Shown here: positions 30,179 to 43,430 of the stretch, in pieces
How positions within the stretch are numbered: position 1 is the first letter of the stretch
Layout: every line of letters starts with the position of its first letter
Source of the DNA: the human T2T-CHM13v2.0 reference genome, Homo sapiens
DNA length: 64,000 nt
Strand: one strand, 5' to 3'
Assembly: GCF_009914755.1 (NCBI RefSeq)
Contig: NC_060925.1
The notes under the pieces: model-generated
The model's input: the letters and a program-made list of their open reading frames with translations, nothing else
What the model was told of the DNA's origin: nothing
Databases searched by the model: none
Made by a program: the position numbers and the translations under genes

Positions 30179-32242
30179 CTGTTTTATGAGTTTCTTAAAC
30201 AAACAGGTGCCATCTCTTGTGTAGATCAAGGGAAGAGCCTCTGCCTGTCTCACAGGCTGGGCAAAACCGCCCATAATAGCAGCATGACATTTGAGGTGGC
30301 TTTTCGGCTTGTCACAGGAATATTCTCAATATGAAAAGATAAGACCTTGGCATTGGTGGGGAAAATAATGCTTCTGTCTTTCAGAGCAGGAGTGGCACAG
30401 AGCGGCCCTCTGTGCTTGAGGAGGGGAGGTAGTGGTTGTACTACAGAGGCTCTGTTGCTGGGTGGTGAGACTTCCCCAGATGAGGGTGAGATCAGGATTC
30501 AAAAAAAAAAAAAAAAAAGAGCATGAAGGAGAGGACCTTAGGGGCCCAGCAGTTGGATAGAAACCAGGAGGCATGAAGCCCCAGAGAGAAACCAAACAGG
30601 GTCCTCTTCTCCCTATCTCCACAGTGGGGTGAACCAACCTGCCTGTCACACCCCACCAGCACACATGCTCTGCAGTTCTTCAGTGAGCTCACAGTTAACC
30701 TGTGGGTGCCTGGGAGAAGACACAGGTGACAGCTGCCCCTGCCTCGGGCCTCCCAGGGCCAGCCCCCTTGCTGCTCCCTCTGCTGTCCCTGGGCACATGT
30801 TGTCAGCATGAGGCTCAGGTAGCCACATCTCAGGGCCCGGAGTACCACTTTCCCTCCTCCCATCCTCCCTCCTGGTCCAGCTAGCATGTGCATGGGCTGT
30901 CCATAGGGAAAAAAAAGCCCAGATTAGAGATATTTTAAAATGAGTCAGTTTACCCCACCCAGGGGTAAGGAGGACCAGACCTCAACAATCCAAACCTACT
31001 TCCTTCTGGAATGTTTGCTCCCCTGAAGGACTGACAAGGTGAAGCTTGCCCCATTTTCCTTGTTAGGAAAACAAAATGCAAATGAGTTTTCTGAGGATTA
31101 CTTCTGAGTATTAAGAGTCTTACCTAACATTTTAGCACACACAGGGAAGAGTAAGGGATGCATAGAGGGTGAGCTGAGAACCAACCAGGCAAGTCTTCAA
31201 CTCCATCTTCAGTTCTACCCCGACCCTCCTTGTGACCTTAGGCCAGGCTGTAACCACTTTGGGCCTTTTGTCCTTTTAAACCTGTAGCGATGAAGCATGG
31301 TTTGGTAGAAATGAAAAAGCATGAGTTTTAGAACCAAACAGAATCACATTGAAACACTACCCAGTCGTGTGATCTTGGGAAAGTTTTTTTTAACTACTCT
31401 AAACCTAGTTCCTGAGCTGAAATAGACAGATACTATGTTCCTCATTGGGTTGTTATGAAAATTGGGAAAAGACACCTGAAAATGTATAGTCTAAACCCTG
31501 GCACATAAGCACTCAAAAACAGTGCTCTCTCCTCCTTTCCTGACTGGGACCAAGAACTAAACAACAGAAGTGAGTAGGTCAAGTTCAGCTCCACCCTTTG
31601 AAAAGTGATTTCATGGTCTTAGCAGTAAGGAGCTAAATATTTGCTTCTTCATCAATAGGAATTCAATGTTTATAAACTTTGGTAATTTAGATTGAAGGGA
31701 TATGTAGTACATTAAAATGTCACTCAGAAATAATTTATATTCCCCAATCCATTAATATGAGGCATTGAAATGTCTAATTTTAAATGCTGCCCTCTAAATG
31801 CAGCCTTTGATGATCAAACTGGCCAGGCAGGATCAAGCCATCTGTGAATTCCTGCAGTGGCTTTTCTGTAGTAAGCTGAATTGTAGTTATGTAGCTTGCA
31901 TCTCTCTTTTTCCAGCAGTACTTGAGCACTTCAAAAGGGGGCTAAATATTTGGCTATTTGAGCTGTGAGGGAGCCTGGGGAGGGGTCTGGGATGTGTTCA
32001 CTGAGTGGTTGAGGTACAGATTTTTCTGCACTGACATGCACATTTCGTACTCCTGCCCAGCCAGATGTGTTCCCTTGCTTGTTGTGGAGGCTGTGTCCAT
32101 TAGGAATCCACTGGTCACAATTCACCATGACCCACTTTAAACTGGCTGAAGCAAGGCAGGGCATTTGGAAGCCCAGTTAACTCCACTGTCTGGTCCAGGG
32201 GTGGGAAAGCCTCAACACCCACAGCCCAGTTATACTTCTTGA

Positions 32243-32950
32243 TGAGTTCCCTAAATGCAGTAACAACATAACTCAATTGTTTGGCTTGAAACAACAGGTG
32301 TTGTCTCACAGTTCTGGAAGCCTGAGATCTGAAGTCAAATTGTGGGCAGGCCCATCCCTCCTCCAAAGGCCCTGGGGATGGCTCCCTCTGAGTCTCTCTC
32401 ATAGCTTCTCATGGCTCCTGGCAATCTTTCTTGTTCCTTGGCTTGTGGCTGTATTGCTCCCATCTCTGCCTCATTCTTCACATGGCCGTCTTTACAGTGA
32501 GCCTCTTTGAGGTTCTTTTTATTCTCATAAGGACTCCAGTCATATTGCACATATAGCTCACCCTATTCTAGTATGACCTCATTTTTTTGGAGACAGGGTC
32601 TTTCTGTGTTACCCAGGCTGTTGTGCAGTGGCAAGGTCTTGGCTCACTGCAGCTTCGACACCCTAGGCTCAAGCAATCCTCCCACCTCGGCCTCCCGTGT
32701 AGCTAGGACCACAGGTGTGTGCCACCATAGCTTTTTTTTAAATTATTATTGTTTGTAGAGATGATGTCTCACTATGTTGCCCAAGCTGGTCCCAATCTCC
32801 TGAGCTCAAGCAATTCTTTTGTCTTGGCCTCCCAAAGTGCTGGGATTACAGGTGTGAGCCACTGCCCCGGCTGACCTTGTCTTAACTAATGACCTCTGCA
32901 AAGACCTCACATTCTAGGTTCCAGGTAGGCATGGATTTCAGGCCCCACAA
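32243..32950 (-). mobile_element. MLT1-type LTR interrupted by an AluJ (32582-32871)
   Basis: ctcacagttctggaagcc...gaagtcaa...ataaggactccagtcatattg...atgacctc [Alu] tgaccttgtcttaactaatgacctctgcaaagacc. Confidence 0.8.
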
Positions 32951-35900
32951 TTTGACTCATGCCCCACTCCACCTGATTGCGCTTGACCGCTTCTTCCTGC
33001 TTTCAGGTCTCATTCTGAGGCTGACTCTCCTTTCACCAGTGCTAATGACTATCGACCCCCTGGGCCAGTGCTCTTCTCTTCCCCTGCCCATCCTGTGGGA
33101 GAGACTGAGCTCTGGTCTGTCTCACCCCTCCCAGAAGGTGGTGAGAGGTCCCTCGAGTGGAGCCAACATAGGCCATGTGCCCTCCTGTGCATGGATCCCT
33201 GGGGCCAGGGCCACAGCCATGGGAAATGCTGATCAGCTGAAACCAGGAAGGCCCCCAGGCTCCTCGAGAGAGAATGAAGTGGGGGTCCCCAAAGGAGATG
33301 TGGGTGCCCTTTCCCTAAAGGAGGAGGGAAGATGGTGCCTGCTACAGAGAGGGAGAGAGTCACTGTTAGAAATACCATGACAGGAGAATACGCGTCATCC
33401 AGCTGCCGGGGCTGAGGCAGCCCCACACTCGGCCTCCCTGTGCAGCTGACAATACCCCAAGTCCAACGGTGCTTAAAAACGCTGAATAATTTAAATGGCA
33501 ATTCCGGGGAGCGCTGCCAGCAGAGACAATCAAATGACACTCCATGTCCCGCCCACTGCCCCCTCCCGGCCTTGCCCTCAGCGTCTAATCAGGGACCGGG
33601 TTTTGTCTTTCTGCAGGCCCAAGGCGGGTCTCCTGTTATCTGCTCAGCTTTGTTCCCGATCACAATCTGTAGCACTTTCCTCCATTTTCCCAACAAATAA
33701 AACTGGAGGCAATGACCTGTCATTTCCCCAGCATTCAATTAGAAGGGAAAGCAGTGGTGGGAGGTGGGCAATCTCCTCCCGCTCCTCCACACAAATGTGC
33801 CCTGGATCCCTTCAGCCAGCCACAGTGGCTCTCCTGCAAGGACACAGTGAGTGAGAAACCAGAGACGGTTCCCAGGGTCACCCGGGCACAGGCCTGATGG
33901 GGTCCATGATAAGACAGACATGGAGTCCAGGCGGCCTGCGGCCTGGGTTCAGGTAGGAGGCTGCCCCTCCCCGTGCCTCTCCTGCTTCCTCTCCCTCCCC
34001 TCCTCGCCACCCCGCCTCCTCTCCCCTTTTCTGTTAATCTCTCTGTAGGATCGGTACACCATGACAGCCGCCTTGACTACCAAGGTCAGAATCTTCTCAG
34101 CAGAGCCTGGTGCTCCTGGGCATTCCTGGGCTGCCAGGGTGTGTATGCTTTTCAGAAACAGTCAGGAGCACACCCCCGTCCAGAAGCCCATATCAGGAAG
34201 GCTTCCCCTGAGGATGCAAAGGGCTCCTGGGCTGATGTCTCTTTCTTTTCTGAGGGTTCAGTACGATGATCCCATCCCCTAGACACACCATCACCATCAG
34301 AGAAGCTTGCAGAGTCCAGGGATGGGGTTGGGGTCTCTCCTGGGAGGGTCTTTCCCTGTGCCTCCTGCCCCACCAGCCCCACAAAGGATTGTGGGGCTCC
34401 ATGGCATCTACACAGGCCCTGGTTATCCGCAGGACCCTAGAACATGGACTAGTCCACGTGCTAGTGGCTTTCATTCCGACTTCTTTACACCTTCATCCTC
34501 CCGAAGGATTCTCCTATAAATTGATAGAAAGATAATGTTAAACCCAGGCACCTGAGGGAAGGGGAAAATATGCTAAACGGAAACACACAAATTGTCAGGT
34601 GCCCAAGTGGAGGCAGTAAATTCACAGTTTCGCTGTAAATCGGGTCTGTGCTTTGCACTTTACATGTAATTGTTAAATTGCTCTAAAAATAAGTAACCGA
34701 TAAAATGAATAATGATCCAATTTGCCTCATCCACGACTCGGTTTGAACCGAGTGCTGACACAGACACCATCGCTTTTACACTCACCATTTGGCAGCAGCA
34801 GAGAAAAGGCTTTTATTCCACTAAGTTTGCGATCCACTTAAACAGTAGAGTAGTTAGATTCTGAAGTCAGCCTGAGACTCTCAGAATTCACATCCAGCCC
34901 TTGGCACTGGGCCCATCAGATCTTCTGGGCAGAGCCTGCAGCCTCAGAAGACCTCCCTGCTCAGGGGCTCTGTCCTCAGGCTAAGCCCTGCTTGGTCCCG
35001 TCCCTTGTTACCATGAGCCTTGCTTTGAATTAGTCTTTCCTTGTTCATATACCATGTGTTTCCTTTACACTGATTGGGCCCTGACAGAAACACCAAATTA
35101 TCTGGACGCAGGAGAAAAACCCCCAGACAAACTTTTTATTGGCAGGCTTTGCAACATCACATCCTTCCAGCTTTCAATAGGGGCTCGGTTTCTAGACCAT
35201 CTGCCTCAGTCCCCTTCTGCCACAGTTCCACCCTGGGACTTTTGCGGGGGCTTTTGGGTGCAGCAGAGGCACAGTGGGGCCTGGAAACATTAGTGCCTGG
35301 TTGCACCTGAGCCTGACATGGTCTCCACCATGCTCCCTGTCTGCAGAATGAGAATAACCGCTAAACCCCACAAAGCCATCCTAGGGATGAGGTCAGGCCA
35401 TGTGCACACGGGGGCAGGTGCCCGCAATCACTTAACAAGGCTTAAACAAGCTCTTGCCATTCTGACTTTGACTCTGCAGGACCAATTTTTACTTCCTGTG
35501 TGAACTCAGCCCCGGCCTGTGGAATGCAGGGCCCCTGTAAGTGTGGGTTCAAAAGAGAGGGAACATGGTCCTCTGCCTCACTCCATAAGCTCACGGGCAA
35601 GCCTCCCCATGAAGAGACGATCCAGGTGCGACACAGGAGGTGCAAACACAGCGACATGCATTCCCGCGTTTAAAACACATGCTCCGCCGGGCATGCGGAC
35701 GAGAGCATCTGCCTGGCTCGGGTGTGGCAGAGGGGCAGGATCTCCAGGAGTGACCAGGCTCTACGGAGGACGGAGGGCCCTGAGGGCAGCTGGGGAGGGC
35801 AGGCATGGGGGAAAAGGGACAATGTGAGTTAAGCCCTCTGAGTGGGAAACAGTGACTCGTTGTAGGAGTGTGTCCGGTCTGCAGCTGGGACTGAGGACTT

Positions 35901-38130
35901 CCTAGGCTGCAGGGGAGAGGCGGCGTGACCACGGGGACTGAGCTCAGCCTCCACGGTCCAGGCACTGGGGAGCCATGGAGGAGTGAGACACAGAGCAGCA
36001 GCAGAGTCAGACTGGACCCCAAGGAAGAAAGCTTTGAAGAGGGCAAGTGGGAGGCAGGGAGACCGGTTGGCCGCCCACAGACTGGGCCAATGCAAGAGCT
36101 GATGAGCCCCGAGCCGAGGCCAAGGGGGTGGAAGTGGGGACGAGGAAGACAGGAAGATATAGTTAGAGGGCAAATCTGCAGAGCTGGCCACTGAGAATCA
36201 GGGTGAGGAGGAGACAGGATGAGGCAGATAAGGATCTGTGCTGGAGAACAGGCCATCTGTGATCTGGAACGAAGCGTCCCCTAGATTCTATGAGGCAATT
36301 GTGCAAACTCCCGCTCCTCGCTCTTCATTCAGATTCAGGCTCCTGTTCTCAACCTCACACAATTCAGTTACCTGGGAAAGGAAGGTGTGGCCTCAGGCCC
36401 CAGGAGGTCCCCATTCTAGTAGAGCAAACAGACAAGCAGAAGGGTGTCTAGAGACCCAGCCCATCCCTGAGTTCGGGTGGCACCCTCCTGTGGCTCTTTG
36501 GGACTCAGAGCAAAGGCCTCTTCCCAGCTGGGCAGTGACGGGCCCTGTGGAGGGGAGTGCTGTTTGAAATGAGTCTGGGGGAACAGACAAGGTGAACTGG
36601 GGAAAGGAGATGCTGGAATGTTCCTGGCAAAGAGAGCAATGGGGAGGGCAGGAGGGGGACATTCCAGAGCGGTGGATGAGGGCTGAAGGGGACAGGTCAC
36701 ACTGCACGGGTTGGAGGGGACTGAGAGTTCTGGGCCCATGGGCAGGTGGCTGGGGGACGCTCACATGGGCTGGCCTCGAGACTCAGGCTCCTGCTGCTAT
36801 GTAGACACGGGCTTGGGTCACTCCTCAGGGGATGGTTCAAACTGCTGGCATCGTCCTCTGGGCCACCCCGTCATAGCTGGGCTTCCCCAGTGTGGTGCCT
36901 GGGGACAGACTGCTGGCAGGGCCCGAGGAATGGACAGGGACCCCCGGCCACCCAGATCCTGTCCCAGAAATCATACCGAGAGCAGACCAGGCGGCCCTGC
37001 CAGCCGGCACCTGCCCCGCCTCCACACCCCACACCTGGCTGCGCGGGAGCCACTCAGAGGCTGTTTTGATTGGCTCATTTCAGCGGAGCTCATTATTTTT
37101 ACAGGGAACAATTTCTAACCATTTTCCTTGTCTCTCAGGGCGGTTGCTACTAGCTGAGTTACTCGGGCCGTTATAAATACATTATCAGACACATTCAACA
37201 AGCGATCGCAGGTAAAAATAATCCCTGCAGCGCTGGCAGTGTGGAGCGCAGATGCCAGCCAGGCTGATTTCTGGCGAGACACAGTGGGCCCCTCATCTCT
37301 CCCCATGTGCAGGGGCAGGGGTAGGAGTGGCACTGCTGGGTCCAGGGAGGGTCTCGGAGGCCTCCTGTCCCCCTCAGGGTAACAGAGTGTCAACCCGGGG
37401 GGTTGCACCCTGGAGGTGCAGGGGCTGTAGAGAACGCTGGCCCCACTGGCTGGGGGCCCCTGTAGGCCTCGTGTCAGAGTCTCTTGGGAACTTCCTAACA
37501 GGCCAGGCCTGCTGCACAGGGGCCTCTGGAAGTGGGCCGAGGTGGCCTTGAGGTCCGGTCGAGGAGGGGGCACAGGCAGGTTGGGCTCACCCACCCCTCC
37601 ATTGGGGAAGCAGGGTGGAGCAGAGGGGGGGCCAGTGCTTTCTCACAGGTTCAGGTGGTCTAACTTATCCAAGCCTCAGCCATATCACCTATCCAGTGGG
37701 TATAGTGAGGCTTACCATGCAGGGTGTCTAACATTCAGTTTGTGAAACGACGTTTCCCAGGGACTCATAATCGTCATGTCATTAGTAACTAATTACAGTG
37801 AAGGAGGGCTGCCGACTCACATAGGTGTCAGCTGCCAGGCTCCAAGGCTTGCCTCCTGTGCAGGTTTTGGGTTGTGTTGGGTGCTAAACCCGGTGCACAC
37901 AATGAGGATGTTGGTGTGTCATCGAGGGGTAGACCTGAGCTGAGGGCCCCAGATGGGTGGGACACGTGTGTAGGTGGCATGTGCTCGGGAATGCATGCAG
38001 CCCTCTTGGAGTAGGAAGGGAGAAGAGTTTTCAGGGAGAAGAGAGAATTCCAGACAATGGGGTGCACACAGTCTAAAGAAGGAAGATTGCAGGGAGCTTG
38101 AGCAGACAGGTGGGACACATGGTAGACAAG

Positions 38131-38290
38131 TACAGCTAGGACACCTAGTAGACATGTAGGATATCTCTTATACAGCTAGGGCACCTGGTAGGCAGGTAGG
38201 ATACCTCTTATACAGCTAGGGAACCTGGTAGGCAGAGAGGACACCTCTGATACAGCTAGGGCACCTGGTAGGCAGGGAGGACACCTGGTA
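38131..38290. repeat. 40-bp minisatellite, 4 copies
   Basis: tacagctagg starts at 38131, 38171, 38211 and 38251. Confidence 0.93.
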
Positions 38291-38730
38291 GACTGGAAGG
38301 GGAGAGAAGGACGCCTTGTCAGATCAGACTATAAGATCGTGTCATCTCAGTTCCTCCATGGAGACAGAATCCCACACTAGTGGGACCCTATTCTTTATCA
38401 TTTCCACCCTCACTCTTGTTTACTGAGTGCTCACTGTATCCTCAACCCTGTGCCAACCACCTTATCAACTCCTGGTATCTTTCAGTGACCCTGGGCTGGG
38501 CTGTCATTTGGAGAGTATGAGCAGCTAGCCCAGTGGATGCTCACAGCTGGTCTGTGGTGAGCCAGGACTCGGACCCACATCCTCCTGAGCTCCCACAGTG
38601 GGGTGTCACCCCAAGCTCTTTCCTCCATACCTTAGTATCTGGTGGGGTCGTGATCCCTTCCCTCGCCTCCAACTTGCTGCTCACCCAGAGTTGGCGTTTG
38701 CCCTGACTGGGGTCATGGTCATGGTTAGCA

Positions 38731-38855
38731 CTCACAGTGGACAGGCCGACCGCCCTTGAACTCGTGATGGGCCCCGCTGAGGCTAGAGGTCCCCCCCTCA
38801 CAGTGGACATGCCGACCACCCTTGAACTTGCGACAGGCCCCGCTGAGGCTAGAGG
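38731..38855. repeat. 66-bp tandem duplication
   Basis: ctcacagtggaca(g/t)gccgacc(g/a)cccttgaact...ggccccgctgaggctagagg occurs twice. Confidence 0.9.
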
Positions 38856-40029
38856 CACCAGCCCCACTGCCAGGCCTGATTTCTTTCCTGGTACTCCTAT
38901 CACAGCTCGGTGTGTGCTGAATTTCTTGCCCCAGCCTCGGTTTGTACTGGCTTGAGTGTCGGTGCTGCTGTCCTCACCTGGATCTCAACCTCTACATTGC
39001 AGGAATCGAGGCAGTGGGGCAGGAAGGTGGACACCAATGCATTCGTGCAGGGGCTGGGCAGGGGCTGGGCTCTGCCATCTGGCCAAAGTGCTGCCTGGTC
39101 CTCCCTGGAAACTCGGTGGGCACCTTTAGTGCTCTGATACCCAGACCTTCTCCTCTTGAAAAGACCCTCAAACTTCTCAGTCTCTAAAGGGAAGGACCAA
39201 CACCGGGCATCTTTCGTCATCCCACCAGGTCTTGCCACGTGCCCACAGCAGAAGTCACACCTTTGAGGTGGAATGAGTCACACAGTCTTGAGGAGCAGGA
39301 GCAGCCAGGTCAGCCTGGGGTGGAGGGGCCAGGGGTGCTGAGGTCTGACTTGGGAAGGGCAGGGGCAGGGGCAGGGCTGGATCTCAGGTCAGTGTCAGGC
39401 CTGGGAGGCCGAGCCCCTGGGAGGCCGAGCCCCTGGGAGGCCAGCCCCTGTGACCCCCCTGCCTGTGATCTCCCCCATCTGGAGCAGCACACTTTCTGCC
39501 GTGCTATCCAAAGGTGGCCCTCCAGGCCTCTAGGGTCTCTGTTAAGGGGCTCTCAGCCTCCGCTACACCCACAGAACCCTGCAATAAACAGGCCAGAATC
39601 ACGGCCCGTCCAAGACAACCTGCGCTTTCTATCCCAGGGTCTCCAAAGACCAGAGACCTGAGCTTCTCAGAATGTGGGTCTCAATAGGCAAACGTAGTCT
39701 TCGGCCACAGAAATCAGAAGGGTGGTGACCTCTGCAGGCAGGACTAGTTGCAAAAGGGGCACAAAACCACTTCTTAGAGTGATGGGAACCTTCCTTATCT
39801 TGAGCGGGTGCTGGTCACCTGGATGTATACATATGTCAAAACTTACTGGAGGGTACACTTACTGTGTTCTCAATTATACCTTGATTTTTAAAAAAGGTCT
39901 TAGACCACATGCATCAGAAGGGAATAAACCATCCTGGAAAACCTAAAGTTTGAAAACGTCTGTTCTAGACACACTTAGATAATCTGTAGGATAATCATTC
40001 AATCTGCCATCCAAATGAGGACACTTTAT

Positions 40030-40167
40030 TATTATTATTTATTTTTATTATTATTTTTTTTTTTTATTATCACATTAGGTATTTCTCCTAATGCTATCCC
40101 TCCCCCCTCCCCCCACCCCACAACAGGCCCTGGTGTGTGATGTTCCCCACCCTGTGTCCAAGTGTTC
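40030..40167 (-). mobile_element. Very short L1PA 3' UTR insertion
   Basis: acattaggtatttctcctaatgctatccctcccc...gtgtccaagtgttc with T-rich tail; perfect 20-bp TSD tccaaatgaggacactttat (40010-40029 / 40168-40187). Confidence 0.9.
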
Positions 40168-40383
40168 TCCAAATGAGGACACTTTATAGAGGGAAGCAGG
40201 CACTGAAAATAAATGAATATATATTTATTTATTTATTTATTTATATATAAGATACATATATTAAATATATATTTCATAAAATATATTATATATTTAACTA
40301 TTATATAATTAAATATGTAACATATACATATTATATAATATGTACAGCATATATATTTATTGTATAAATTTATTAAAAAATAT

Positions 40384-40763
<380 letters not shown>

Positions 40764-41644
40764 ATATTTATTATTTAATTAGATCTATTATTTATTTATT
40801 TATTATATTTAATAAATATAATGAATATATATTTAATTTATTATTTAATTAGATATATATTTACTTCATATATAATATATAACATATATTATATATAAAT
40901 ATAGAGAGAGACTGGTAAGTTGGTTTTAATATATTGGTGAATCCATTGAAATTTTTCTAAAGGAGTTTCTTTTCAATAGAGTCCTAACATTTTAAAAATA
41001 TTTTCTTAAAATTGCTATGCCCTTCTTCAAAGTTGCTTTTTTTTTTTTTTTTGGTTAGTATGCTAGAAATTGTTGACATCTTAAACTGACTCCTCTCTGT
41101 TAGACCGTAACCATTTTAATTAAGACAATTTTCTCTCTGCAGGTTCAGGGGTACCTGGTGAGCTCAAAGTAAATTCTGCTCACTGTTTTTTTTTTTTTTT
41201 TCACACTGAAAAGTGAAACTATTTCACCCAAATGCACTTCCAGATGTTGGTTTTTTGGCTCCATTCAGATACCTTTACAAGAGAAAATTCATTAAATAAG
41301 TTGTCTATCTTGGAGTTGTTTCTCTGTAAGTTTCTCTTGAATGTTTCTTAAATTTTAGATACAGCAAACTTGTACATCTTTTATTTTTGTCCCATTTTGG
41401 TACAGTTTATAAATGTGTTTGATTAAAAATAGGGCTTCATTAAAAGATGCCTTCCATACGTTGAGATATTCTGAAGCAAAATTACATAATTTCAAAATTA
41501 AATCTTATATGCTGTCAGGACACTCATTGTTGAATTTATCTCATCCCTCCCTCACTTGTAAGGGGTATATTTAATGTCTTCCTGTTTGCAAGCTTTGTCT
41601 TCAACATTTGCAATTTTCTAGAAGCTTTAAAAAATGAAGTTTGA

Positions 41645-41937
41645 GGCCAGGCAAGATGGCCTATGCCTGTACTCTAGCACTTTGGGAGCCAAAGCAGGAG
41701 GATCATTTGAGCCCAGGAGTTTGAGATCAGCCTGGGCAATAGACTGGGACTCTGTCTCTACAAAAAATACAAAAATTAACTGGAACATACCTGTAGTTCC
41801 AGCTACTTAGGAGGCTGAAGTGGAAGGTTTGATTGGACCCAGAAGGTTGAGGCTGCAGTTAACCGTGATTGTGCCACTGCACTCCAGCCTGAGTGACAGA
41901 AAAAGATCCTGTCTAAAAAAAAAAAAAAAAAAAAAAA
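41645..41937 (+). mobile_element. Alu (AluJ-type)
   Basis: ggccaggcaagatggc...gaggatcatttgagcccaggag...poly(A); TSD-like tgaagtttg on both sides. Confidence 0.93.
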
Positions 41938-42152
41938 GCTGAAGTTTGTTGTCATTGCTCTATTTATCGAATTCATTAAATTATTTGGTGCAACCAAAAT
42001 TTAGAGGATTCCTTTACAGAAGGTCTCACTGCAGTGTAGGACCCTTGGGTTGACTTACAAGGCAGCTTTCTATGGGCTTGGTTTATAGAATCACCCTCAG
42101 CATGGGCACAGGGAGAGGGCATAGCCGCACACTGAGATCTTTTTAAAATTAA

Positions 42153-42482
<330 letters not shown>

Positions 42483-42662
42483 AAAATCAGCTTTGTCACA
42501 AAGTGTTGTAATTCGGCTACTCCAACTGTATGCATATAAATATTTGTAAGTTTGTGCAACTACGACTTATATTGTTCGATTGTTAGATTATCCCAACTTG
42601 TTGGACACAAGTTTGAATGAAGGTGCCCTATAACCCATGCGTGGTTCATATTTGCTCCGTAG

Positions 42663-43430
<768 letters not shown>

